NCBI RefSeq assembly: GCF_006345805.1
Contig: NW_021834220.1
Location: forward strand, 7,631-71,630
Source: Octopus sinensis
Taxonomy: Eukaryota
Direction of reading: 5' to 3'
Length of the DNA: 64,000 nt
Shown here piece by piece: positions 51,431-64,000 of the stretch. The notes below the pieces were generated by a model. It was not told the origin of the DNA. It made no database searches and was given only the letters and a program-made list of their open reading frames with translations. Position numbers and translations under genes: made by a program. Numbering within the stretch: the stretch's first letter is position 1; each line of letters opens with the position of its first letter.

Positions 51431-52299
51431 TGAATAAAAGAGGATTCTAGCCAGAAGGATGGATATTAAGAAAACAGGGGAGCAAAGAAGGTAGAATATG
51501 ATGATTGAAAGGAAAAGACTGGAGGAAGGAAGGAAGGAAAACCGGCTGAGTTGAACAAAAGACAACACCTGGAATGAAATGTATGTAGGAGATACAGAGA
51601 CAGAGATAAACAGGGAGTGAGAGAGCGGGGGGAAAGAGGCAGAGACAGGGTGAGTGAGATATTTGGGTATAAAGAATCATGGAAATGTAGATTGATAACT
51701 GCAGGGTTTCACATACTGAGCAGGCATAGGTATTTGGTTAAGTCGTTCACTTGTAGTGCCATCCTCGTTCTTGTTATGCATGCATAAGAAAGGGCTCTCT
51801 GCTGTAGATACTTACCACACATTCAGAGGGACTTGTTAGGCGTAAAATGTGTAGAATCCCATTATATACATACATACACACATATATACATACATACGTA
51901 CGTACATACATACATACATACTACAAATATACATACATACATACATGCATACATATAAACATACATACAAATATACATAAATCATACATAAATCATACAT
52001 ACATACATACATATATACAAATATACATACATACATACATACATACATGCATACATACGTACATACGTACATGCATACATACATACATACATACATACAT
52101 ACATACATACATACATACATACATACATACATAGTTGAAATTTATAGAAAAACAAAAGTCGAAGGCAGATGTATGAACAATAAGCAAGTGCATTAGTTTG
52201 ACGCTCGGGGATATTGAAAAAAGTCTTTTACGTTTCGAGCCGACGCTCTTCAGCCGAGCCGAAAAGAAAAAGAGAAAATAAACAGAGCGAAAAAATATA

Positions 52300-52440
52300 T
52301 ATAGGATGGTTTGACAATTTCCTTGCGAAGTGCCTGGTTGGAGGCCCAACCTTCAGTGTTCTTATGCAGGGTTCAGAAAAACTGAAGAACTGCTGCAATA
52401 AGTGTACGAATCTGAGAGCGTAATATGTTGAACAAAATCA
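52300..52440 (+). mobile_element. Mariner transposase C-terminal remnant
   Basis: MQGSEKLKNCCNKCTNLRA*YVE resembles GIxKLxxRWxKCIxxxGxYVE. Confidence 0.6.
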
Positions 52441-53061
52441 TATGCTGATTCTCTTGTATTTTCTTTTACCCAACGCGAAGAACTATCATCTCTCACTCTC
52501 TCTCTCTCTCTCTCTCTATCTATAGATCTTTAATTCCTTCTTTCTCTCTCTTCTCCCCCCTTTGGTGCCTTTGTCCTCCTTTTTTTTCTCTCTCTTTGAT
52601 TCCTTTGCCCCCTTTTTTCTCTCTCTTCTCCTCTCACGTGACCGCTGGTCAACCAGCCTTTCGGCTTCTGACCACCGCCACGAGAACATAGTTTTCTTCG
52701 TCTGCCGAAAAAGGGATTTTTTTCCAAATACGCCAGCTATCTAAGTTGTACTGTCTATAGTCGTAAGACACCCGCTGTTTTTGTCCTGTTATTACTATTA
52801 TTGTTTTTTGTATTTATATTCGTGTGGCATCGTCCGTTTTTCTGTCCTTGTTTCGTATACATTCGATCCTTTTTCCAAGAAATCTAATGCTCGTAGCCTA
52901 GTTTTTCCTTGGGGCTGGCCGGATTGGAGCGATCTCAAGATTAATCAGCCGAAATTGCGAGGATGATCCGGTTCTTGATTGAAGATTGAAGGCTTCGAAT
53001 GTCCCGTCCGTGTTTTTTGTATCGTCTTCTAAATGTTTTGCGTTCTTGTCCCTGTTTGTAT

Positions 53062-53099
<38 letters not shown>

Positions 53100-53363
53100 A
53101 CCATATATATATATATATATGTATATACGTGCACAGGTACACACACATACATACATATATACACATACCTCCCACACACAGACGCATAAATTTGTACGTA
53201 TGTATGTATAAATATTTCTACTTATATACCTGTATATGTATCAAGCCACCTGTTTATGAATGATAGTTAACGCAAACACATCGCAAGGAGGCAGATTATC
53301 TGCGGCGTTTGCCCTGAGATGATATTTCTTTTGGACGTACCGTGTTTATAAACACTAACATAC

Positions 53364-53485
53364 CTGTAGCAGACGAAAATCCTGTAACTGTAGCGGCGAC
53401 AATGCTAGATGTATATTTCTGTGCTTTGTGGCTTTGTCGGTAGTGTGTACTTACTGTCAGCTGCATGGGGATACAAAACCTATCG
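53364..53485 (-). CDS. Candidate minus-strand coding exon (phase 2-1), unidentified
   Basis: Acceptor ttttcactcactgttttcttatttcattag| and donor ACAG|gtatgt. 40 open codons: DRFCIPMQLTVSTHYRQSHKAQKYTSSIVAATVTGFSSAT. Confidence 0.4.
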
Positions 53486-53727
53486 CTAATGAAATAAGAA
53501 AACAGTGAGTGAAAAATTGCTGATGTTGCTGTTAGCCGCCTAGTCGAATAAAACTGTGCTACGTGTGTTATTTTAATCTAAAACTGCCTGTGTTGTATAT
53601 AACTGGTATGCATACATACATACATGCATGCATACATACATACATACATACATACATACATAATACATGCATACATACATACATACATACATACATACAT
53701 ACATACATACATACATACGTGGGATGG

Positions 53728-54064
53728 GAGACCCCCTTAGGTCATGAATGACCATGGGATTGCACCTAAAAAGTTACCCTCCCAGGCACAAGTCCGGGCA
53801 AGGTTGTTTATGGAAGACCAACAGTCGCCCATGCATACCAGCCTCACCTCTCCACACCACTGATGTTATCCAAGAGAAAGGCAAGGGTTGATACAACTTG
53901 GCACCTGTGATGTCGCAAACTCATTTCTACAGCTGAGTGAACAGGAGCAACGTGAAATAAAGTGTCTTGCTCAAGAACACAACATGCCGCCCGGTCCGGG
54001 AATCGAACTCGCAACCTCACAATCGTAAACTCGACGCTCTAACCACTAAGCCATGCGCCTTCAC
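53728..54064 (-). mobile_element. Family-C SINE, full length, embedded in (TACA)n
   Basis: Matches 1703-2033. Flanked on both sides by (ACAT)n. Confidence 0.92.
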
Positions 54065-54095
54065 ATATACATACATACATACATACATACATACA

Positions 54096-54127
<32 letters not shown>

Positions 54128-54290
54128 CAAAGTGGTATCAGATGATTCCCGGCCTGGTTATATTTAATAAAGTATAATCTGTTTACCTATTTTAACACCA
54201 TCTCCCTTGAAATAGTCACCTTGTGTAGCTATACAGCGGTACCAGCTTTCCTGTCGTTTCTGGGATCCGGCCTGGAAATCGTATTATTTC
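54128..54290 (-). mobile_element. Mariner-type element end (TIR plus transposase C-terminus)
   Basis: The minus strand gives DFQAGSQKRQESWYRCIATQGDYFKGD, similar to FQxWxxRWxxCIxxxGDYFEGD. GTGGTATCA TIR-like end. Confidence 0.65.
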
Positions 54291-55276
54291 AAAATGAAAA
54301 GTAGATTCGTAAGATTTTGTTTGACAGAGATGGGGACACTACAAAAGACTAAAGCAAGAACACTTAGGCTTAAATTAAGAGTGAATAAAAGTAATAATTT
54401 AAATGAAGAAAAGAGAAGTCAAACTGCCAATTGTTTCCGTAAATGAACAATATTTTTATTCCATATATCGTACAACGTTATACAATTCATACATTGCTAT
54501 GTAATGCATGTCATAATTTTTTCCACTTTCTTCTTCGTGACGAAAAGCAATGCTCGAAACGTTACCACCTCTCTTTTCTTAAACTTTCTCTAAGCGCCAA
54601 CCTAAAACGTCCTATTGATTTTTGTTGTTTTCCCGTTCCTCATTGTTAATATTTTATTTGTCTATGTATATATATACAAATATGTGTGTATGTATGTGTG
54701 TATGCGTATGCGCGCGCATGTATGTATGTATTTGTGCATATATATATATGTATATATGGGTCTGTGTGTCTATGTAAATTTTGTAGTATATGCGTAATTA
54801 TTATAATTAATTTATTTTGTCGTGTTTGTTTCCGTCATCGTCCTGTAAGTTTGTTAGCTATTCCCAGTGGCTATTTGCCACTGGCGCCACCAAAATTGAA
54901 CAATATCAACGTCAAAACCTTGACTGATGAAGAAGTAGCTACTAATTTTCAATTAAGTATATTTGTTAAATTTTCCGTTTGCTGTGATTTTGTAAAAATT
55001 TTGAAATATATACATACCTATATATATATATATGTATATATATGTATATATATATATATATGTATATATATGTATATGAAAGAATGGAGCTGAACGACGA
55101 ATTAACAAAATTCCTTTATTTTCGACATATGTTTCGAAGGCTGCATATTCCTAATTGCGAAGGAATAAGGAGTACATTATGCCGTTTTCTCATCAGGAAA
55201 AGCAAGGAAGTTATGTCAACATCAAAATGCACAAAAAACTTTCAGATGATTGCTCACACGGAGCCCATAGCGGTAA

Positions 55277-55327
<51 letters not shown>

Positions 55328-55858
55328 TGTGTTTGTATACGCACAGACATAGGAGAATTTGTTTTTGAAAATGCACCTGAATTTGAAAAACGTAGTTGTT
55401 TTTAAATAAATTTATTTACATACATACCAAATTAGTTTCAAGAAATTACTGTTTATCAATGGCATAAACGTATACCGTTGATAAAATTCTCGACGAAGAA
55501 TATAAAAAAAATGTGGATTATTAAAAGTTCGGTCATATTGAGTTATTATAGAATACGAAGACCTATTCTATAATATTGGTATTATCTACCCATGTCATTG
55601 AATTTTGTGAACATTTAATCATTTAAGCATGTTTTCTACTGCGTAATTTTAAAATTCTGTTACAATACCATTGTTTTATTTACGTTTACACCATTGATAA
55701 ATTTAAAAAACTGTTGAAATTTGTTTCGTATGTATGTAAATAAATTTATTCAAAAATAACTACAAGTTTTTGATATGTTTGTGCATTTTCAAAAACAAAT
55801 TCTATAATTTTCCCTTCTTTCCATATGTGTGTGCGTGTGTGTTCTTGTGTATGTGTGA

Positions 55859-55897
<39 letters not shown>

Positions 55898-56162
55898 GTG
55901 TGTGTAAATGCTTTTGTGTGTCTGTGTGTATTTATGTGTTCTTGTGCGTGGGGGTAGCTGGGAGTGTAAGCGTTAATGGTTACCGCTGTAAAAAAGTCAT
56001 TTGTAAAACGAGAGACATAATTGTGTACTTGATAAGGTTGTTGTCCAGCTACACGGTTTCGCATTCAGTGTGAATCTGCAGCATCCTGTGTCTTCAATTA
56101 TGGCCCCGTGTCAATCCATGCCTTGTGAGAAAAATAGACAGAATAAAACAGTGCAGAAGCCC

Positions 56163-56199
<37 letters not shown>

Positions 56200-56427
56200 T
56201 TTTTTACTTGTTTCGTTCCTTTGACTGCGGTCATGCTGCAGCAGCACCTTGAAGTGTTTTAGTCGAACAAGTCGACCCTAGGATTTAGTTTTTAAAGCCT
56301 TTAAGTTATCTTTAGGTTTCTTTTGCTGAACCACCGAGTTACAGGGACGTAAACACATAAACACCGGTTATCATGTGGTGGTGATAGGGCAAACACAGAC
56401 ACGAAGTCACATACACACATACATATA

Positions 56428-57388
56428 CAGGGGTTGGACAAAATAACGGAAACACCTAACATCATAGCGTCATAATTTTGAAATATCTATAAAACCTCCA
56501 AATGCTTCTTTATTTTTATGTTTTTTGATATATTATTAGTATTGCTTAATATGCTTTGCTAAAATTACTGTTTCTTTTCAGATATCATCAGAAAGAGGCA
56601 ATTAAAATTCATTGAAATGATAGATCTATCAGATTTTCAAAGAGGTCAAATTGTTGGTGTTCGTATGACAGGTGCTAGCGTAACGAAAATAGCCGAAGTG
56701 TTTGGTGTATCAAGAAGTGCTGTAGCGAAAGTATTGATAGCCTTTGAGAAGTAGGGAAAAACATCCTCATCGAAACAAAACTCCGTAAGAAAATTAAAAC
56801 TTTCAGATAGGGACCATCGGACTCCTACGCGAATTGTTAGAAAGGATCTCAAAAGTACAGATCCCCAAATTACTGTAGAGCTTAATGAGCACCTTGAGAA
56901 CCCAGTTTCCACAAAAACTATTCACCGGAAGCTGCACAAAGCCGGATTTCATAGAAGGGCTGCAATCAGAAAACCACTACTTTCAAAAACTAACGTTGCA
57001 AAGCGTTTAGAGTGGAATAAAAACCTATAGAATTGGTCTCTAGAGCAGTGGAAGAATGTTATTTTATCGGATGCGTCATCCTTTACCTAATTTCCGACCA
57101 CCGGACGAGTATACATGTGGAGACAGCCAATAGAAACATTTGATTCAGATTGCCCTGTTCCTACTGTTAAACATGATGATCTGTGATGATCTGGTGGGGG
57201 GTTATATCTTGGAAATCGCTGACCCAATGGTTTCCCTTCACGGTAGAATAAATAGTCAATATTATTTAAGCATTTTCTCTGATCAAGTCAATCCTATGGT
57301 TGCGGAACTTTTTCCGGAGGGAATCGCAATCTTTGAGGATGATAATGCACCAATTCACACAGCTAAGGTTGTTAATGAATGGCACGAG
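56428..57388 (+). pseudogene. Tc1-family transposon, 3'-truncated, with disrupted transposase (ATG 56617)
   Basis: TA|CAGGGGTTGGACAAAATAACGGAAACACC TIR. Translation: MIDLSDFQRGQIVG...FGVSRS (HTH), RRAAIRKPLL, WKNVILSDASSF, TVKH..SVMIW, IFEDDNAPIHTAK. Stops and a frameshift are present. Confidence 0.92.
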
Positions 57389-57679
57389 GTGTGTTTATCT
57401 TTGTGTTAGTGTTTATTTTCCTATACTGCTTGACAACCGGTGTTGGTGTGTTTACGCCTCTGTAACTTAGCGATTCGGCAAAAGAAGTACTAGGCTTTAA
57501 AAAATGCTGGGGTTAATTTGCTCCACAAAACCCCTTCAAAATGCTTCAGCATGGTCGCAGCCTACTGACTGAAACTAGTAAAAGAATAAAAGTATATACA
57601 TATGCGTCTGGGTGTTTGTATGCGTGTGTGCATGTGTGTTCATATTCAATACCCTCCTAGATTACTTTTTATTTGATAT

Positions 57680-58068
57680 ATTCTTTTCTACACTAGGCAC
57701 AAGGTCCAAAGTTTTTGGGGAGGGAGCCAGTCGACTAGATCGATCCCAGTACGCAACTGGTACTTAATTCATCAACCTCGACAGGATGAAAGCGAAAGTC
57801 AAACCTCGGTGGAGTTTGAACTCAGAACGTAGCGGCAGACGAAATACCTATTTGTTTACTACCCACAAGAGAGGACAAACAAGGAAAGACAAACGGATTA
57901 AGTCGATTATATCGACCTCAGTGCGTAACTGGCACATATTTAATCGACCCCGAAAGGATGAAAGGCAAAGTCGACCTCGCCGGAATTTGAACTCAGAACG
58001 TAACGGCAGACGAAATACGGCTACGCATTTCGCCCGGCGTGCTAACGTTTCTGCCAGCTCGCCGCCTT
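57680..58068 (-). mobile_element. Family-A SINE dimer (head plus two bodies)
   Basis: Reverse copy ending GTTTCTGCCAGCTCGCCGCC, with both tail types. Confidence 0.9.
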
Positions 58069-58498
58069 TTATTATTCGATATATTATAATGTCCTGTGTC
58101 TGAGCATTTAGAAAACATTTGTATTTTAGATTAGCTTTTACATAGTATCAGCGTGACGGAGTAACCTACCTTACATTGTGTACATCACATATACACTCTG
58201 ACTGACGGGTTTTCTACCTAATTTTATTAAAAAATGCCTTGGTTTGAACTAACGATAAAATACAGTAGTTCAAATACCATGGCTGAGGAACCGATCTAAA
58301 GACCTTATGACTGCAAAACGAACTTCTTTAGCATTTAAGAATGCACGTACCATATAATCACGCATACAAACACAGACATACATGTACATACACATAAACA
58401 GACACAGAGAAACACACCTACTTTCTCAGACAGACATCTATATCTAAGTGCCTACATTTTATATACATACATACATACATACATATATAATATATGTA

Positions 58499-58532
<34 letters not shown>

Positions 58533-58659
58533 TATATATATATGTCTGCATCTATATATATATATGTGTACATATATGTATGGTTGAGCGCGCGTGTATA
58601 TATATGCATACATACATATAATATATATATATATAATATGCATACATGCATACGTACAA

Positions 58660-58699
<40 letters not shown>

Positions 58700-58954
58700 T
58701 ATATATCTGAATATGGTGTCCCTGTGTGTGTCCATGCAATTAAGGAACATAATTTTTACTTCTATTTTACATTTGGTCGAACAACCAAATTGAATATCTG
58801 TTGACCAATTTAATATTGAGCCTTTCAAACACGTTAACGACTCGTCTATTTGTAAGAAAGGGAATACAATACAACGACTGCACACCATGCTATGTGTGTG
58901 TGTTCATGTGTTCTATGTATATATACATATATATATTATACATATATATATATA

Positions 58955-59024
<70 letters not shown>

Positions 59025-59065
59025 ATATACACAGGCACATATATATATATATTTATTATATATTA

Positions 59066-59100
<35 letters not shown>

Positions 59101-59299
59101 ATATATATATATATGGTCTGTGGTCTGTGTGTGCATATGTGTAATATTTTGCTATGTTCAAGAGTATGTTTTTATGCTGTATTCGATATATGTGTGTGTC
59201 TATAGTGAGAAATAAATATAAAATATTGTTTTATTAATAAAAATACACTTTTATTAATTCCGTTTTCTTTCTGATTAATTTTTCAGAGCTATAGGCCCC

Positions 59300-59880
59300 G
59301 TTGTTGTTGCTGTTATTGTTGTTGTTGTTGTTGTTGTTATTATTATTGTTTTTATTGTTGTTGTTATTCTTAACGTTGTTGTTTGTGTTTGTTGTGTTGT
59401 TATTGCTTATTCTTCGCATCTCCTTCATCATTTCCTTTCCTGTTATTTATTTATTTATTTATTTATTCTTTCTTTCTTCATTTTTATTCTTTCTTTTTCC
59501 TTTTCCTTTATTATCCCCCTCTCCTTCACTTTATAAATTTTTTCCTTGTATATTCTTTTATTTCTCTTCTCCTTTTCTTTCGTTTCGATCACACACAAAA
59601 AATAAACTTTCTTCTTCTTCTTCTTCTTCTTCTTCTTCTTCTTCTTCTTCTTCTTCTTCTTCTTTACTTTCTTATTTTATTTCTTCCTTCCTTGCGTCAA
59701 TTTCGTCTTTTATTTTTACTTTTACTTTTATTTTTTTTCTTATTTTTTTCCCATCTCGGCTTTTTCTTTCCCCCTCATTCCTTACATCTTTCCTTCAGTT
59801 TTTCTTTTATCTATTATTCTTCATTTCCTTTTGCCTTTCCCTTCTTTCATCTCTTTCTTCTTTACTACTTTCCTTCCTTC
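59300..59880. repeat. (TTG)n/(TTA)n/(CTT)n microsatellites and a long polypyrimidine tract
   Basis: Direct reading. It explains the 196- and 209-aa Leu/Phe/Ser ORFs. Confidence 0.92.
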
Positions 59881-60902
59881 CGTCCCTCCATGTCTTGGCC
59901 GGAAGAGTTGGTCGCCATTTTTCTCTGTAATCAGTTGATTCTGGACGATTTGCATACTATGGATGGACATTGAGACGAGAAAAGGACAAGATAGAATAGA
60001 ATAAACTAGAATGGCAAAAAGTATTAAAAAAGTAAAAAAAAAAAGAAATATATATATATAAATATAAATATAAATATAAATATAAATTATTATTCTACAA
60101 CAAAGGCATCGGCAGATGAAATCATTATCGATTTCATATTTAGATATACGGCCAATATTTGCAGTAAAGAATCTGTCGTTGAACAAATAATAACCCCAGC
60201 GTATTCCTGTTAACTGTGGCAATCGAACACACTTCAACATCCAGAGAGAAAGAAACAACACTAAGAATGATTCCATCAACATGTGAAGGGAAACTTTCGG
60301 AGGAGCTGAATGCTAATATTCTACCTGAAGCGTAAGAATTATTTTCTTCCTCGTGGAATTAAATGTTTGGAATATTTGCTATTTACAATTTGCAGACGTC
60401 GATCTTCACGCTTTATTTGGATTCTGATTCTACCGTTTGTATTATATTACGGCTTTTAGTCTCTCGTTTTGTTTTATTAATTGCTGTATCTAGCATTGAA
60501 TCAGTGAAGAAGAGTTAGAGCATAACCAAGCTGTAAGAATGCATTACAAGCACGCACACACACACTTATTCAGACATACACACTAAGGCACATTCACATA
60601 GACATACGCACAGACACAGACCCCACTCCTCTATGTAAAATGATGATTTGCATAGTTATCCGGAAAATGCGAACGAAGATATGTTACTCGCCGTTGTGCG
60701 CGTCTTAAGAGAACAGCTTCTTTTTACGGCAACAATGTATTCATGACACACGCGGTTCGTGTGCTCAAGGGATTCCTACAATGCCAGTATTTGGACATAT
60801 TGTATCTCCTCTTCTAGAACTACCCGAACTTTTGAGCCTAAACAAGCCACTGGTTTTGTTTATAATTTCAGCGAATAACACAAACACACACACATACACA
60901 CA

Positions 60903-60989
<87 letters not shown>

Positions 60990-61304
60990 GGATTCGCCTC
61001 TCAATTTCCATGTATGAGGAGTTGAACAGCTGTCAGACTACCCACACTGAATATTTGCTTTCAATAGTGAAGACTTGTAGAACCAAACACAGTTACTGGA
61101 AATGCTGGTAGGAGAAAGTAGGTGTAAAGGTTGGTCACAAAATACAAATGCCAAATGAACCACTTGCCTGAGGATTTTCTGTTCCCCGTCTCATGGACTG
61201 GTTCCCTTCACCATAACCCATACTTCTAACCAGCATGGTAGGCTAAATGCATATTTCGCTTAAAAAACTAGACATTCAAAACACTTCATGCACACAGACA
61301 CAGG

Positions 61305-61339
<35 letters not shown>

Positions 61340-61626
61340 CACACACACGCAAGGACTCACACATACAAACATACGCACACAAATACACAGACACACACAC
61401 GCACATACACAAAGACATGCACACGTACACACACACAATCATATCATATAATGACCGTTTACTCTCATGAGCTCATCTGCCATCTGCAGGGGTTATGTTT
61501 TTCATTCTTCAGAGTTTCTAGAAACCACCCTACCTGCTATGCAAACTTGATGGTGTTGCTAGTAACAACAGGCTGTACTTTGTTCCATGTTATCTGTAGC
61601 ACACAAAAATGCACTGGCATTATGTG

Positions 61627-61659
<33 letters not shown>

Positions 61660-62336
61660 GCATATGTATATATGTATATATATGCTTATGTATATATGTA
61701 TATATATGTATATGTGTATGTATATGTATATGTATATATATATATATGTATATCTATACCTATATATATATGTATATCTATATATATGTATATGTATATA
61801 TATATGTATATGTATATATATGCATATGTATTATGCATATAATGTATAGAATATTATATATATATATATTATATATATATATATATATATATGCATACAT
61901 GTATACATATATATATGCATACATATATACATATATATATATACATGCATATATACCTATATATATATATAAATACATATATATGTATATATATGTATGT
62001 ATGTATATATGCATTTTTGTATATATATGGTGGGGATGCTACACCGCATAGCTGCCAAATCCCTCTTAATTGCGGTGTGCGTGTGGCAGCTACAAAATGC
62101 ATTCACACACACACTCACTCATTCTCATACGCACACATAAATATGATGGGCTTCCACACAACTTTCGCTTACCATATTCATTGACATGGCAATGGTTGGT
62201 GCAGGGATCTCTGCTCAAAGCTCTCTATATTGGCACTGAACCCGAAAACGCATGGTTCCAAAGCGATTATTTTACCCGCGCAATTAAGCCTAAGAAAATT
62301 TGTCAAAGATATTTTCAACTCCATTTGTTAAAATTC

Positions 62337-62735
62337 TTTTACTTGCTTCTGTCTTTTGACCACGGCCATGCTGGAGCACCGCTTTTAGTCGAGCAAATCT
62401 GCCCAAGGACTTATTCGTTGTAAGCTTAGGACTTATACTGTCGGTTATTTTTGCCGAATCGCTAAGTTATGGGGACGTAAACGCACCAGCATCGATTGAC
62501 AAGTGATGTTGGGGGGCTAACAGACACAACACGCAACACACACACACACAACACATACATACACACACACACACAAACACACACACACGTATATACGACT
62601 GGCTTCTTTCAGATCCCGTCTACCATATCCACTCACAAATCTTTGGTAGAAGACATCTGCCCAAGCTGCCACGCAGTGGGACTGAACCCGGAACCATGTG
62701 GTTGGTAAGCAGGCTACTTATCACACAACCACCCT
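62337..62735 (-). mobile_element. Family-B SINE (diverged)
   Basis: Family-B landmarks on the minus strand. Confidence 0.88.
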
Positions 62736-63744
62736 TGCAAGCTACTTACCACAAGCCACTCCTTCGTCATGTTTTTCAATTCTTTTTCATAATTTTGTCA
62801 CATTCCAATAAGGATTTTGAAAACCAAAGCAAAGAAAGACATATCAAAATGCTTTGAAGCCATCTTAAAATCACAATATCCATCTATGTGTCCATTTGTA
62901 TTTTGTCTGAGGGTGAGCAAGGCAGCGTAATCTATTTTCTAAGAGTAGAAGCCACAATGTAACTGCATTCGAAATGTGCTCAAGTCGGGGGTGACCTATG
63001 ATCCGTCTGCACGCTAACAAAGGTCATCTCTATTTTATTTGATAGTCATAGCAGCTGCTTATACTCATGAACGTAGTGCCTACTTAATGTTTGTTAGAAT
63101 TTCCGGTAGAGAGAAAGCATGAAATATGTATTTATCTATCACTGTTTGTAGCACAACGTTGTTGACAGTTTTCGAAACTGACATTTTGTTTGAGAGAAGA
63201 TATGACAGGTTAAGCCGTCAGTTCAATCAGTATAATCGTTACGATTAAATATTTTCTATTACGAGTCAAAACGGAAAGCGTATGAGACGTTTCGGCATAA
63301 CTGTTTGGGTGCTGCTTATCTGGCATCGCTGATTCGACCCTGATTTATTTCACAACAGACGATTTAATGTTTCTTTCGTTTTAATGGCTCCCTCTCTCTT
63401 TCTGTATCACACTTACTCTCACACCTTCTCTTTCTCTCTTTTATCCACCTCTCTAGCTCCTTTCTCTCTCTGTTTACGTGTGTTAGCATTGTCCTCTCTT
63501 CATATGTACGAGTAGAGGAAAAGTGTTTATGTCAATCATATTCAATTGATAAATCGTAATGTCTCTGTCTTCCTCCCTCTCTTTCTCGCTCGTGCCCCCT
63601 ATCTCTCTCCCTTTCCTTCTGTCCCCTCTCACCTCTTTGCCACTCTCCATCTCTCTCTCTCTCTTTCTTTCTGTATCTATGTGGGTATATTTCGGAGCGA
63701 TTGTTTGCTTGCCTCCAGTGCCAAAATATGCTTGTTCTTTCTCG

Positions 63745-64000
63745 AAGCCACACCTGGCTCAGAAGGGCCGGTTTCCCGGTTTCCTTGGCGTATATGTTCC
63801 CCACCTGGACGGGACGCCGATCCGTCGCAGGTGAGCTACAAGATGCAGGAGGAAAGAGGGAGAGAAAGTTGTGGCGAAAGAGTCAGGAGAAGTTCGTCAT
63901 TACCTTCGCCGGAGCTGCGTGGAACTTAGGTGTTTCGCTTATAAACACACACATCGCCCGTTCTGAGATTCGAACCCGCGTTCCCTCGACCGCGAGTCTG
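63745..64000 (-). mobile_element. tRNA-derived SINE family I (head cut by the window end)
   Basis: The minus strand has GCGGGTTCGAATCTCAG (B box) near 63965-63980, and a body containing CCTGCGACGGATCGGCGTCCCGTCCAGGTGGGG. Confidence 0.75.

Noticed and set aside
59234-59973. 196- and 209-aa hydrophobic ORFs resembling membrane proteins
   Set aside because: Products of (TTG)n, (CTT)n and polypyrimidine low-complexity sequence.
60090-60335. Exon-like frames on both strands
   Set aside because: At least three competing frames, none with both strong splice sites. It cannot be assigned.

Overview
This is eukaryotic, AT-rich, microsatellite-dense genomic DNA. The SINE families and repeat landscape look like an octopus (coleoid cephalopod) genome; that is pattern recognition, not a database result. 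Most of the window is intronic or intergenic. It holds many copies of at least four tRNA-derived SINE families (my labels A, B, C, I) and a 5'-truncated R4/Dong-clade LINE (RT, CCHC knuckle, restriction-like endonuclease; three nonsense codons, no frameshift) inserted in an (AAT)n tract. There are further Dong fragments, RTE, L1/Tx1 and Penelope-like remnants, a Tc1 transposase pseudogene and several MITEs. A few unique segments have splice signals and open frames, probably exons of one or more host genes that I cannot name. Nearly all ORFs in the supplied track are microsatellite or SINE artefacts. There are no prokaryotic systems, CRISPR arrays, rRNA or true tRNA genes. The most notable structures are: (i) (TAA)n tracts acting as landing pads, shared by Dong LINEs and a ~556-bp non-coding element; (ii) a MITE with octamer+CCAAT TIRs found twice inside the same SINE family in the same relative orientation; (iii) a perfect 135-bp inverted repeat; (iv) SINE concatemers and inverted SINE pairs; (v) degenerate hammerhead-like motifs. 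Repeat boundaries were read by eye and are approximate.
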